DNA of 55,587 bases from the NCBI GenBank assembly GCA_007135605.1, contig SLIN01000105.1, positions 1-55,587 of the forward strand, given 5' to 3'. This document shows, piece by piece, positions 1 to 9,029 of this stretch (position 1 is the first letter of the stretch; each line of letters opens with the position of its first letter). Source of the stretch: Spirochaetales bacterium. Its GTDB lineage: Bacteria > Spirochaetota > Spirochaetia > DSM-27196 > SKKC01. The notes below the pieces were generated by a model that had not been told where the DNA came from, did no database searches, and worked only from the letters and a program-made list of their open reading frames with translations. The position numbers and the translations under genes were made by a program.

Positions 1-320
1 GACATTGTAGCGGTCGCCGCAGGATTTGCCTCGATCGCACTGAGATCGCGAGCAACCGCCGTGTAAGCGGTGCCCATCGATTCCCTCTCGCCACCGAGCG
101 GTATCTCGAGAAGCGGAAAGACGGTAAGACCGGTCTGACGCCGGCCACCTTGTGTGAACAGCGAGTCCCAGATGTCGCTTTCCGCGAGCAGTCCGGACCC
201 TTCGGCGTAGAACTCGCTCCAATTGTCCGCGTGTATACTCGCAGGTCCTCCGAGGAACAGGAGTATGCCGGCGGAGGCGAGGATTATCGACACGCAGCTC
301 GTCTTACGACTTTGATTCAA
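1..320 (-). CDS. Outer-membrane protein, N-terminal part only (gene continues beyond the left window edge); PorV/FadL-like (Treponema UPF0164-like) N-terminus
   Basis: The gene is open at the window edge, so it is absent from the ORF track. From the TTG at 320 the reverse strand reads (M)NQSRKTSCVSIILASAGILLFLGGPASIHA (signal peptide) ...FPLLEIPLGGERESMGTAYTAVARDLSAIEANPAATATM, with no stop down to nt 1. GAGGGA lies about 5 nt upstream of the TTG. The family assignment is from memory of the GMG..A..A..D..A...NPA motif. Confidence 0.5.
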   Translation of the reverse strand, partial: MNQSRKTSCVSIILASAGILLFLGGPASIHADNWSEFYAEGSGLLAESDIWDSLFTQGGRRQTGLTVFPLLEIPLGGERESMGTAYTAVARDLSAIEANPAATATM

Positions 321-503
321 ACCGTCCCTCTGCTCCGAACTATAACGCAATCGCGCTGTACAATCCACCGGAACTTCTTGTATGCGAATCTCTTACCCGA
401 TCTTGAAGACCGTTGTCGATCGGTCGATAAGCGTAGTACCATCGTCATACAGGAACTTGATGTAATAAATGGAGACGACGGTCAATCGGCCTGAAGGGAA
501 CGA

Positions 504-3494
504 ATGCGAGCGGTAGTCACGCTTCTCTCCATTTCCGCGGTACTGCTCCTCGCCACCGTCTCGGTCCATCCGTTCGGACAACGCGAGGATCCGATTCGAA
601 CAGCCGAAGAGCTTATCGAGGAGCGCAGATATAACGAGGCGGTTGAGATTCTTCAGGAGGTCGCGCGGGAAGACCGGAATCGCTTCGACGAGGCGGAACG
701 ACTGCTGCGGCGAGTACGTCGAATTCGGGCACGGTACAACGAGCTATGGCAGCAGCTCATCGATACCCTGCGAAACGAGCCGGACAACATAGAGGCCGCG
801 AACGCACTCATTGAGGAGATGGAGGCTCTCGACGACGCTCCGACCGAAGACGCGCTTCGCGAATTCGAACACTGGCGTGACATTGTCAGGCTCCGTTTCA
901 ATCTCAATCGATTCGAAGAAATAAGCTTCCGGGCATCCGAGCTCATGGAAGCCGGTGAGTATTCCGAGGCGGTACAGGAGTACGCGAGGGGCCTTGGGCT
1001 CTTCCGTCCGGAGTTTGAGCGAATAGGGTATCCGGGCGAAATCGTCGAGGAAGCCACTGCAGCGCAGGTCGAGCTTGCGCGGGTTGCCTCCGAGAGCAGG
1101 GCGAGCTTCGAGGATGTGGACGAAGAGCTCACCCGCTTTGTCGTACGTCTATCCGACCGCGAGGCGCAGTTGCCCGAAATCGCGCCGTTACTCGACGCGT
1201 TCGGCGCAATCGCGGAGAGCGAGTTTCGTGCAGCGGGCCTCGGCGGCTATTTGCGGGAGCTCGACTCGGAAGTGCGTGATATCCGCGAGCTGAACGACCC
1301 CGATCCATACCTCACCTTTCACCGATGGTTTGCGTACGGGCGAAGCGCAAACGCAGGAGAAGAGGGGATTTTTGCCGCGGTACGGCGTTTCGTAGAGGAA
1401 CGGCTCGATCTCGTTGTTGAGAGTATCGACGAACGCGTCGACGAAACAATCACGGAAGCGGAAGGCTTTGTGGAGGAAGGAGCGTTCGATGAGGCGACAG
1501 CGGCGTACGAAGCGGCTTCACGCCTGCTTTCGCTCGGCGCAGAGGCCCTCGCGGTCCAGGATCGTCGAGAGGAAACTCGTGCGCAACTGGCGGGCACCGT
1601 AGACCGGGCCGAGATTCCCGATCGAGGAGTGGAGCGTACCGCCTATCGGGTCGCAGCGGATGCGGCCGATGCAATTGCGGCAATAGCCGGGGAACGCGGA
1701 GACTTGCCGGCGCTCGCCGGAACGGACGCCGGTCTCGCGGCGCTCGAATCGGTCTGGAGATCCGCGGGCGAACGTTTCAACGCCGCCGCCGATGCTCTCG
1801 CTCGATACCAGGAAGCATTCGACCAACGTGCAAGCGGCGGCGAGCGCGCCGAACGCTACTTCGCGCGATTCGATCCGTACGTAGAGACTCTCTATGACGA
1901 GATCGCCTCCCGCCAGATCGACGCAGCGTACGCATATCTGTCAACCGGCAACCGGGAGTTCGAGTCGGAGTACGAGTCGTTGGAACGCGAGCTGGCGCGT
2001 GCGAAGTTAATCGGAATTGAGGGAGTCGGGTACGATTCGGCGGACCGGATTCCCGAGGAACCGGACGAACCCGACGACCGTGACGAGTTGGTCTATCGCT
2101 ATCCCGGTCTCGCCATCGAACAACTCGAGGCAGTCGATCCTCGCCTGTCACAACTCGTCGAAGAGGTCGACTCGATCATAGCTGCGTTTGCCGATCCGGA
2201 TGAACCGATACGTGAGAGCGAACAGGCGCAGGCACAAAAGCGCGAGCTCGAGTCGCTCGCAGCGAGGCTTGCCGACCTTTCTTCACGGTACAACACCGCC
2301 ATGGAGGAGATGGCCCGCAGAATTGCCGAAGCGCAGGCGCTGCGTGACGAGGTGCGAGCGCTTCTCTCGGAAGCCGAAGCGATTCTCAACGAAGACCCGG
2401 AAGGTGCCGACAACCTGTTCAGTGAGGCCGAAGATCTGCTCGTCGACGCACTCGAATTACAACAGGACCTCGCGTTCCGCAATGAAATCGATGCCCAGCT
2501 CGCCGATGCGGGCGATCGCATTCGCGCGGCACTCTTCGAAGAGACGGTGGCTGAGGTGCGTGAGCTCATTAACGAAGGGCGTCGCCTCTATCGGCAGGAC
2601 AGTTTCAATCGCGCCGAAGAGGCATTGCTCGACGCGCAGGAGCGCTGGGAGCGGGTCAACGAAACCGAAAATGGCGAGATTCGATATTGGCTGCGGCTCA
2701 CGCAGAGTGCGCTTAATCTGCAGACCGATCGAGAGCTCGCCGACACCGATCCGCTCTTTCGACCGCTCGCAAGCTATCTGAACCTCGCCTACAGTGCATT
2801 CGAGCAAGCGGAAACCGAACGGGCACGCGGGAATGAGCAACAGGCCGAGCAGCTGCTTGCTCGTGCCGAGGACAATATTCAGAGCGTAACAGTGGCCCGT
2901 CCGTTCAACCGCGAGGCGCGAGTGCTCAGTCTCCAGATTATCGAGCTGCTCAACCCGGGAGAATTCGATGAGATTTTCGAGCAACGCTTCAATCAGGCTT
3001 TGGACGGGGTCGATGAAGCACCTGTGGAATCGCTGAACGACCTCTATGACCTGCAGGAAGTGAATCCGGGTTGGCCCGGGCTCGATCAGGCGATTATCGA
3101 TGTGGAGATCGCCGCGGGGGTCCGCGAGCCGCCGCGCGACGACACATCGATCGAACAATCGAATGAGCTCGAACAACAGGCGCGTGCGGTTTTCGACCCC
3201 GACGATGAGAACGCGATCGAACAGGCGGTATCGTTGCTCGAGGAAGCGATAGAGCTTCACCCGGACAATGACGATGCCCGTTCGTTCCTCGACGAGGTGC
3301 GGCTCGCACAGGGAAGTACTGCAGCTCCGACACTTTCCTCTTCGGAGCTCCAACAGTTCCGGCGTGCGGAGAACCACTTTCTCGACGGACAAATCGGCCG
3401 TGCCCTCGTGATTGTGGAGCAGCTGTGGCAGGACGAGGAGAATCGGAGATACCCTCCGCTTGCTAATCTCCGTTCTCGGATGGTGGCTCCGTAA
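504..3494 (+). CDS. Secreted, very acidic helical TPR-like repeat protein (function unknown)
   Basis: This is a 996-aa ORF with the signal peptide MRAVVTLLSISAVLLLATVSVHP and an AAGGGA SD 4-5 nt upstream. It has TPR/Sel1-like helical repeats (YNEAVEILQEV, YSEAVQEYARGL, FDEATAAYEAAS). Only 2 Lys occur in 996 aa. The stop overlaps the next start (TAATG, 3492-3496). Confidence 0.8.
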   Translation: MRAVVTLLSISAVLLLATVSVHPFGQREDPIRTAEELIEERRYNEAVEILQEVAREDRNRFDEAERLLRRVRRIRARYNELWQQLIDTLRNEPDNIEAANALIEEMEALDDAPTEDALREFEHWRDIVRLRFNLNRFEEISFRASELMEAGEYSEAVQEYARGLGLFRPEFERIGYPGEIVEEATAAQVELARVASESRASFEDVDEELTRFVVRLSDREAQLPEIAPLLDAFGAIAESEFRAAGLGGYLRELDSEVRDIRELNDPDPYLTFHRWFAYGRSANAGEEGIFAAVRRFVEERLDLVVESIDERVDETITEAEGFVEEGAFDEATAAYEAASRLLSLGAEALAVQDRREETRAQLAGTVDRAEIPDRGVERTAYRVAADAADAIAAIAGERGDLPALAGTDAGLAALESVWRSAGERFNAAADALARYQEAFDQRASGGERAERYFARFDPYVETLYDEIASRQIDAAYAYLSTGNREFESEYESLERELARAKLIGIEGVGYDSADRIPEEPDEPDDRDELVYRYPGLAIEQLEAVDPRLSQLVEEVDSIIAAFADPDEPIRESEQAQAQKRELESLAARLADLSSRYNTAMEEMARRIAEAQALRDEVRALLSEAEAILNEDPEGADNLFSEAEDLLVDALELQQDLAFRNEIDAQLADAGDRIRAALFEETVAEVRELINEGRRLYRQDSFNRAEEALLDAQERWERVNETENGEIRYWLRLTQSALNLQTDRELADTDPLFRPLASYLNLAYSAFEQAETERARGNEQQAEQLLARAEDNIQSVTVARPFNREARVLSLQIIELLNPGEFDEIFEQRFNQALDGVDEAPVESLNDLYDLQEVNPGWPGLDQAIIDVEIAAGVREPPRDDTSIEQSNELEQQARAVFDPDDENAIEQAVSLLEEAIELHPDNDDARSFLDEVRLAQGSTAAPTLSSSELQQFRRAENHFLDGQIGRALVIVEQLWQDEENRRYPPLANLRSRMVAP

Positions 3495-6400
3495 TGCCGG
3501 TTCGTCGCATCCTGCTCGGCTTGCTGTTCATCTCCTTATTTGCCGCCGACCTAGCGGGACAGCAGCTCTTTTTTGAGTCGCCGCGCCTCCTGCGCGAGCA
3601 GGATGTACGGTTTCCCTTCGTTGAGAGTATCGGTGAGCGGCTCGTTCTCGTGTTCCAGGAGCGTGATCCCAACGACGCGTCGACTCTGAGGCTGCGATCG
3701 ATGAGCAGTGAAGATGGACGCGAATGGGACGACCACGGCACCTTCGGAGAACCGGTGACCTTTAGCGGGAGCGAGCCGAGCATCTTCAGCGCGACGAAAA
3801 CGGGCGACAACCGGCTATTCGTAGCACTCGGTGTCGACGACCGCGAGACGGTGGTGTACGAGAGCGATGACGGCGGCGAGTCGTTTAGTCGAGTGTCCGA
3901 GCTGCGAACAGCGGAAACAAGCGTCGCTCCGGTGATTTCGGCACGATACGACGACGGTCTTCTCCTGTTCATAAACCAGGATATCGAGGCGCGACAGAGT
4001 ATCTTCGTTTCCACAAGCGATGACGGAAGAAACTGGTCGGACTTCTCAAGAATTGAGCCGGAAGAGGATCTTTCGCTGAGCTTCGCCCCGGATCATGCCT
4101 CCACCACTTCGAGAGATGTCGTCGTATTCCAGGGACTCGAGCCGGGCGCGGGCACCGGATATCAGCTCTACGTAACCCAGAGTACCGATCGCGGGACAAC
4201 GTGGGATGAAGCCCGCCGCATTACTACTTTCCCCAACCCTGGAAGTACCGAAGACCCGGACTCATACGACAATCAACGACCGTTTCTGTACGCCGCAGAG
4301 GACGGTCTTTTGCTGATGTGGGAACGCCGTTTCCAGAGAGAATCGCCGCGTGTCTTCTCGGCCCGAATCGACGAAACGCCGGCTGCCCGCGATATTGTTC
4401 AAGTAAGTCCGGGACTCCGTGCCGCGAATGCTCCGAACGTGTTCGAGTTCGACGGCACGCTCTACTATACCTGGTTTGAAGAGCGGGACGGTTTCCGGCA
4501 GGTTGTTCTGGCCGAACCGGACCGCGCCCGGTTTCAAGTTCGAGTGCTCAGCGATATAGCGGGCGACTCGACCTTCGCCTATCCGGTGGTTCATCGCGAC
4601 CGGGTACACATCGTGTGGCAGGTAGCCCGAAACGGCGAACGCGCGATCGCGTATCTCGAACCCGATCAGTCGGTAGAACCTCCAACGATCGCTGCCTCCA
4701 ATTTCTCGCCCGGAAGTCGCGCCCCTCGGGAGACCGCCGAAGTGCGATTGGAAGCGCCTGACGATCCGTCCGGGATAGCCGGCTACAGCTACGTGTGGAG
4801 TCGAGATCCGGACGCACCGGTGCCCGAAGAGCTCGATCTCGAAGGCGAGCAAGCAAGCCTCCGGCTCGATACCGACGAGGATGGAAGCTGGTTTCTGCGT
4901 GCGATCGCCCGCGACCGCGCCGGGAACTGGTCGGAACCCCGGACAGTGGAATTCGTGCGCGATTTGACACCACCGGATCCGGTCGTCTTCGAGGAGCCGG
5001 AAACCGATCCGGCGGGATTCCTGACATCAAACACCTTCGAGATACACTGGACACATGACAATCCCGACATAATCGCCGGCTACACGTACACGCTCAGCTA
5101 TGTCGGGCCATCGACCCTTACGGCGGTGAACGTCGACCGGCTGCCCGATCCGCCCGACCGAATCATGACGCGCACCCCTTCGATTTCGCGTAACAATCTC
5201 GACAACGGAACGTGGGCGATCAGAGTCGCACCCGTCGACGACATCGGAAACGTCGGTGAGCCGGAAACGCTCATCCTTCGACTCAACAAGTACATTCCGG
5301 TCACGATCGTCTCCCGCGTCGCGGCGGAGCTGGACATGCTCGGGCGAACGAGACTCGAGATTGAGGGACGCGGCTTCCGTGAAGAAGGCGACGTCGAACA
5401 GATTATCCTCGACCGCGAGGGCGAGGCACCGTACGATCACGTGTTCACTCTCGAAGAGAACGAGTTCCGCATCGAGGACAATCGCACCATAGTCGGTCCG
5501 ACCGTTCACGCGATTCGAACCGGCGAATATCGGGTCGGCATCGTTCATCCGGTTCGCGGAACATACTTCGCCGAACAGAGACTGAGCCTCGACGCCACAG
5601 GTGTCATCAAGTTCGGTGATTACACGATCGACTCCGCACCAATTGTATATCCGTCCCCGAGTCGTATCGCATTGCCGGCTCCCATGCTCGTCGCGTGGAC
5701 GACGGCCGGGCTCATGGTGCTTGCCGTGTTCTTCTTCGTGAGCCGACTGGTAGCGGTAACCCGGGAGGCGGGTACGTTGCGCTACGATATCGAGGCGCTG
5801 GTAAATCGGAAACCGCTGCCGGACCGAGCTCGAAACCGGAGGTTGGAACAGATGAAACGGAGAGGAATAGGACTCAGGCTGAAGTTTGCAGCGTTTTTCG
5901 TGGGACTGGTTGTCTCGGTCGTGCTTCTCGTCGCGGTGCCACTCGGAAACTTCATTATTGATGCCCAGCAACAGACCCTCACGGACGGCTTGCGCGAGCG
6001 AACAAATATCCTGCTCGATAGTCTCGTCGGTGGTAGCATTCAGCTTCTTCCGAATGCGGAGGACAATCTGTTCGAGTTGAACGCATTGACGCTGCAGACC
6101 GAAGCGATCCCAGAAGCTCAGTTTGCAACGATCACCGGCGTTACCCAGGGGGAAGAGTTAGAGGAGATAGTTTGGGCTTCGAACGATCCGAGAGTAACCC
6201 GGGCCGGCGATCTTCCCGAAGAGCAACGGATAAGCGATACCGATTCGCTTCTCAGAGGCGAGACACGATATAGTGATGAGATTACCGACCGCATTTCCGA
6301 GCTCGCCGAAGAGATCGAGACGCAGGCTCGAGAGGCCCTCGGCGACATACCCGATCGAATCGATCGGCTGAATGCCGAACGTATCGATATAGCGATCAGT

Positions 6401-7999
6401 GGGGAGCCCGATGCCGAAGAGCGAGTCGGAGAGCTCGATGACACGGTCACCGAATTGGAGACCCAACAGCGTGAGATTCTGAACCAGGTCGGCGATGTTG
6501 TCGTTTCGGTGCCTGTGCTCAGTGCCGACACCGTGCTGACCGCCGATACCACCAGTTATGTGTTCTATAAGCCGATCGTCTTTCGCGAAATAGACGGCGA
6601 GGTCTTTTTTCACGGTCTTGTGCGGGTTGGCGTTACCAGCCAACGAATCATCGCCGAGATCAATGCCGCCCAACAGAATCTGATGCGTACTACCGGCGTA
6701 ATCGCCGTACTTGCAGTCGCAGTCGGTATTGCAGGAGCGCTGATTCTCGCATCGATAATCGTAATTCCGATTTCGCGGCTTGTGCGCGGGGTGGAAATTA
6801 TCAGGGATACCGAGGATAAGGCCGACCTCGCCGATCACGCAATCGAGTTGAAACGACATGACGAGCTCCGTACGCTCGCCGAAGCGATAAACCAGATGAC
6901 GCAGGGACTCGTCCAGGCTGCTATAGCGAATCGCGATCTGACCGTCGGAAAGGAAGTTCAGAAGATGTTCATTCCACTAGTCACCGACTCTGCCGGACGG
7001 AAGCTCACGACTGCCGAAGACGAGAACGAGCACGTGGAATTCTTCGGGTATTACGAGGGAGCGAAGGGTGTAAGTGGCGACTACTTCAACTACCGACAGC
7101 TCGATGAAGAACACTACGCGGTCATTAAGTGTGACATAGCGGGCAAGGGGGTTCCCGCCGCGTTGATTATGGTCGAGGTTGCCACCATCTACCTCAGTTA
7201 CTTCCGAAACTGGAATCCGGGAATGGCGGAGGAGCTGCCGCAACTCATGGAGAATATTAACGACCTGATTGAAGAGCGTGGATTTCAGGGACGATTCGCC
7301 GCCTTTACACTGGCAATTATCAACGTCCGTACCGGTGTGGCGCGTGTGTGTAACGCCGGCGACACGATCCTGCACACGTACCGGATGGCGTTCGGAAGGG
7401 TAGAAGAAACGCAGCTTCCTCCGCTCCCGGCTGCCGGAGTCTTCTCGAGCGATATGCTGCCGAGCGGTTTCACGCAGGTAAAGCACACGCTGAATGCCGG
7501 CGACATTCTGTTACTGTTCACCGACGGCATGGAAGAATCGAAGCGAACGCTGCGGGACGATTCCTTTCGGCCCATTGTGGTCGGTGAGGGCGATCAAGCG
7601 GTTGATAACGAGGAGTTCACGAACGACCGGATCCACGACATAGTACGGTGCGTGCAGACCGGTTCCATGTACCGGCTGGAGCGCTATCGAAGTCCGGTTC
7701 CCGAGGAGCTCGTATTCGACTTCAGCAGCCTCGAACCGACCGCCCGGAATGCCGTCCTCGCCCTGGTCGCGGTAGAGAAGGTATTCCGGCTGGTGCCCGA
7801 CCCGTCGGCCGGTTCGGACGAATCGGTCAATGTCGATGTCGTTGTCGACGAGTTTCTGCGAAACACCTTCTCGGCGTATGATGACTATTTCCGCTATCCC
7901 GCCGAACAGCGCTCGGATTCCAATTACCGCCGCTTTACGCATATCTACGAGGATGAACAGTACGACGACCTGACGGTACTTCTGGTGCGCAAGAAGTGA
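3494..7999 (+). CDS. Membrane sensor protein phosphatase: Asp-box (BNR/sialidase-like) beta-propeller + two Y-x-Y Ig-like modules + second periplasmic domain + HAMP + PP2C/SpoIIE phosphatase
   Basis: This is a 1501-aa ORF with a signal peptide. Four Asp-boxes are spaced about 50 aa apart (SSEDGREW, SDDGGESF, SDDGRNW, STDRGTTW; nt ~3704-4204). There are two Y-x-Y Ig-like modules (IAGYSYVW and IAGYTYTL). Three TM helices lie at aa ~731-755, 797-820 and 1066-1092. HAMP is at aa ~1093-1145. PP2C motifs are GVSGDYFNY, CDIAGKGVPAALIM and LLLFTDGMEE (nt ~6941-7999). Confidence 0.85.
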   Translation: MPVRRILLGLLFISLFAADLAGQQLFFESPRLLREQDVRFPFVESIGERLVLVFQERDPNDASTLRLRSMSSEDGREWDDHGTFGEPVTFSGSEPSIFSATKTGDNRLFVALGVDDRETVVYESDDGGESFSRVSELRTAETSVAPVISARYDDGLLLFINQDIEARQSIFVSTSDDGRNWSDFSRIEPEEDLSLSFAPDHASTTSRDVVVFQGLEPGAGTGYQLYVTQSTDRGTTWDEARRITTFPNPGSTEDPDSYDNQRPFLYAAEDGLLLMWERRFQRESPRVFSARIDETPAARDIVQVSPGLRAANAPNVFEFDGTLYYTWFEERDGFRQVVLAEPDRARFQVRVLSDIAGDSTFAYPVVHRDRVHIVWQVARNGERAIAYLEPDQSVEPPTIAASNFSPGSRAPRETAEVRLEAPDDPSGIAGYSYVWSRDPDAPVPEELDLEGEQASLRLDTDEDGSWFLRAIARDRAGNWSEPRTVEFVRDLTPPDPVVFEEPETDPAGFLTSNTFEIHWTHDNPDIIAGYTYTLSYVGPSTLTAVNVDRLPDPPDRIMTRTPSISRNNLDNGTWAIRVAPVDDIGNVGEPETLILRLNKYIPVTIVSRVAAELDMLGRTRLEIEGRGFREEGDVEQIILDREGEAPYDHVFTLEENEFRIEDNRTIVGPTVHAIRTGEYRVGIVHPVRGTYFAEQRLSLDATGVIKFGDYTIDSAPIVYPSPSRIALPAPMLVAWTTAGLMVLAVFFFVSRLVAVTREAGTLRYDIEALVNRKPLPDRARNRRLEQMKRRGIGLRLKFAAFFVGLVVSVVLLVAVPLGNFIIDAQQQTLTDGLRERTNILLDSLVGGSIQLLPNAEDNLFELNALTLQTEAIPEAQFATITGVTQGEELEEIVWASNDPRVTRAGDLPEEQRISDTDSLLRGETRYSDEITDRISELAEEIETQAREALGDIPDRIDRLNAERIDIAISGEPDAEERVGELDDTVTELETQQREILNQVGDVVVSVPVLSADTVLTADTTSYVFYKPIVFREIDGEVFFHGLVRVGVTSQRIIAEINAAQQNLMRTTGVIAVLAVAVGIAGALILASIIVIPISRLVRGVEIIRDTEDKADLADHAIELKRHDELRTLAEAINQMTQGLVQAAIANRDLTVGKEVQKMFIPLVTDSAGRKLTTAEDENEHVEFFGYYEGAKGVSGDYFNYRQLDEEHYAVIKCDIAGKGVPAALIMVEVATIYLSYFRNWNPGMAEELPQLMENINDLIEERGFQGRFAAFTLAIINVRTGVARVCNAGDTILHTYRMAFGRVEETQLPPLPAAGVFSSDMLPSGFTQVKHTLNAGDILLLFTDGMEESKRTLRDDSFRPIVVGEGDQAVDNEEFTNDRIHDIVRCVQTGSMYRLERYRSPVPEELVFDFSSLEPTARNAVLALVAVEKVFRLVPDPSAGSDESVNVDVVVDEFLRNTFSAYDDYFRYPAEQRSDSNYRRFTHIYEDEQYDDLTVLLVRKK

Positions 8000-8026
8000 T
8001 AAACGGGACAGCTGGAGCGCCGATAC
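8000..8026 (+). promoter_or_regulatory. sigma28 (FliA)-type promoter candidate
   Basis: TAAA (8000-8003), 15 nt, then GCCGATAC (8019-8026) matches 11 of 12 positions of the consensus TAAA-N15-GCCGATAA. It fills the 34-nt gap between the stop at 7999 and GTG 8034 / ATG 8040. No SD lies between the -10 element and the start. Confidence 0.45.
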
Positions 8027-8033
8027 TAGTATA

Positions 8034-9029
8034 GTGACTATGAAAACGCTGGTTTCATCGTGCATGTTACTCGCTCTTCTCTGTGCGAGCCCGCTGTTCG
8101 CGGAGACCATTACCGTCCAAAACGACACGGAGAAGCGGATTACGATAATCGCCATTCCTGCGATCGACATTCAACCCGGATCTGAGCGCAACCGCTCATG
8201 GTTCTCCGCGATATTCGAGGAGCACGCTGGGAGGGCGACGAGCGTGGCGCCTCGCGGCGTCCGTCCAATACCCGTCCCAACCGGCGACCTCGTGATCGTC
8301 GGGGTGAAGCGCGTTCGCCACGCAACCGACTTGCCCGTATTGTACGCCGAGATCGGGGCGGACGAACGCTTCGTACGCGTCGATGCACCCGTAATCGAAC
8401 GCGGCCCGGAGGGGTCGCCGGTCACCGTCCGCACGTGGGAAGCACCGGTTGATAGAGCTCCAATCCAAATCGACAACCAATACAGCGACTGGTTGAGCGT
8501 TCCGGATCTGGCCGCATTCCGTCGCGATGTGCGACCGGACACCTTTACGCGTATAGACGTCGGCACGAGAACGCACCTCGATATCGACGACTCGCTCCTC
8601 TGGGCTAAGGGTGGAACGCATATCGAACGATTCAAGGCGTTGCGATGGGATGACACACTCTATCTCATGGCCTCGTCGCTGACCCCTATTTCCTCCCGAT
8701 TCAGCATACTTGTTCGCATCTTCCCGGAGCGAACGACACCCGCCGAGAATCGAATCACGATTGAAATCCCGGCAGACAACTCCGCCGGTCCGGTTCTGCT
8801 TTGGAGGCGCGGTCACGACGAACCCGAGGTGGTCGGCGAATACGCACGATCGCGGTTTCTGCTCGAAGCACGAGTATTCGCCGAGGAGATCGTGCTCGAC
8901 GAGCCCGTGGACGATATCGGATCGATCAGTTTCGATATCGCAACCTCCGTCGGCGATGCCGGCATTATCGAGGAGTTCCACCACACGACGCACTTCGTGC
9001 GGAATATTCCTCGCGCACACGGCCCGTGA
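8034..9029 (+). CDS. Secreted hypothetical protein
   Basis: This is a 331-aa ORF starting at GTG 8034 or ATG 8040, with the signal peptide MKTLVSSCMLLALLCASPLFAE. I recognised no catalytic motif. A DNQYSDW motif in the C-terminal half is weakly reminiscent of carbohydrate-binding modules. Confidence 0.7.
   Translation: MTMKTLVSSCMLLALLCASPLFAETITVQNDTEKRITIIAIPAIDIQPGSERNRSWFSAIFEEHAGRATSVAPRGVRPIPVPTGDLVIVGVKRVRHATDLPVLYAEIGADERFVRVDAPVIERGPEGSPVTVRTWEAPVDRAPIQIDNQYSDWLSVPDLAAFRRDVRPDTFTRIDVGTRTHLDIDDSLLWAKGGTHIERFKALRWDDTLYLMASSLTPISSRFSILVRIFPERTTPAENRITIEIPADNSAGPVLLWRRGHDEPEVVGEYARSRFLLEARVFAEEIVLDEPVDDIGSISFDIATSVGDAGIIEEFHHTTHFVRNIPRAHGP

Noticed and set aside
150-494. 114-aa + strand ORF from the track.
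   Set aside because: It lies antisense to the better-supported edge-truncated OMP gene (1-320, minus). It has no SD and an implausible composition, and the remaining part is promoter region for the gene at 504.
2457-3392. 311-aa minus-strand ORF. The same reasoning covers 5027-5971 on the minus strand.
   Set aside because: Both are antisense to the TPR and sensor-phosphatase genes. This is a GC-rich antisense ORF artefact.
8801-9025. 5' extension of the zinc-ribbon ORF (207-aa version).
   Set aside because: It overlaps the 8034-9029 gene in another frame with an Arg-rich junk-like sequence. A GTG at 9026 that overlaps the upstream stop gives a sensible 132-aa protein.
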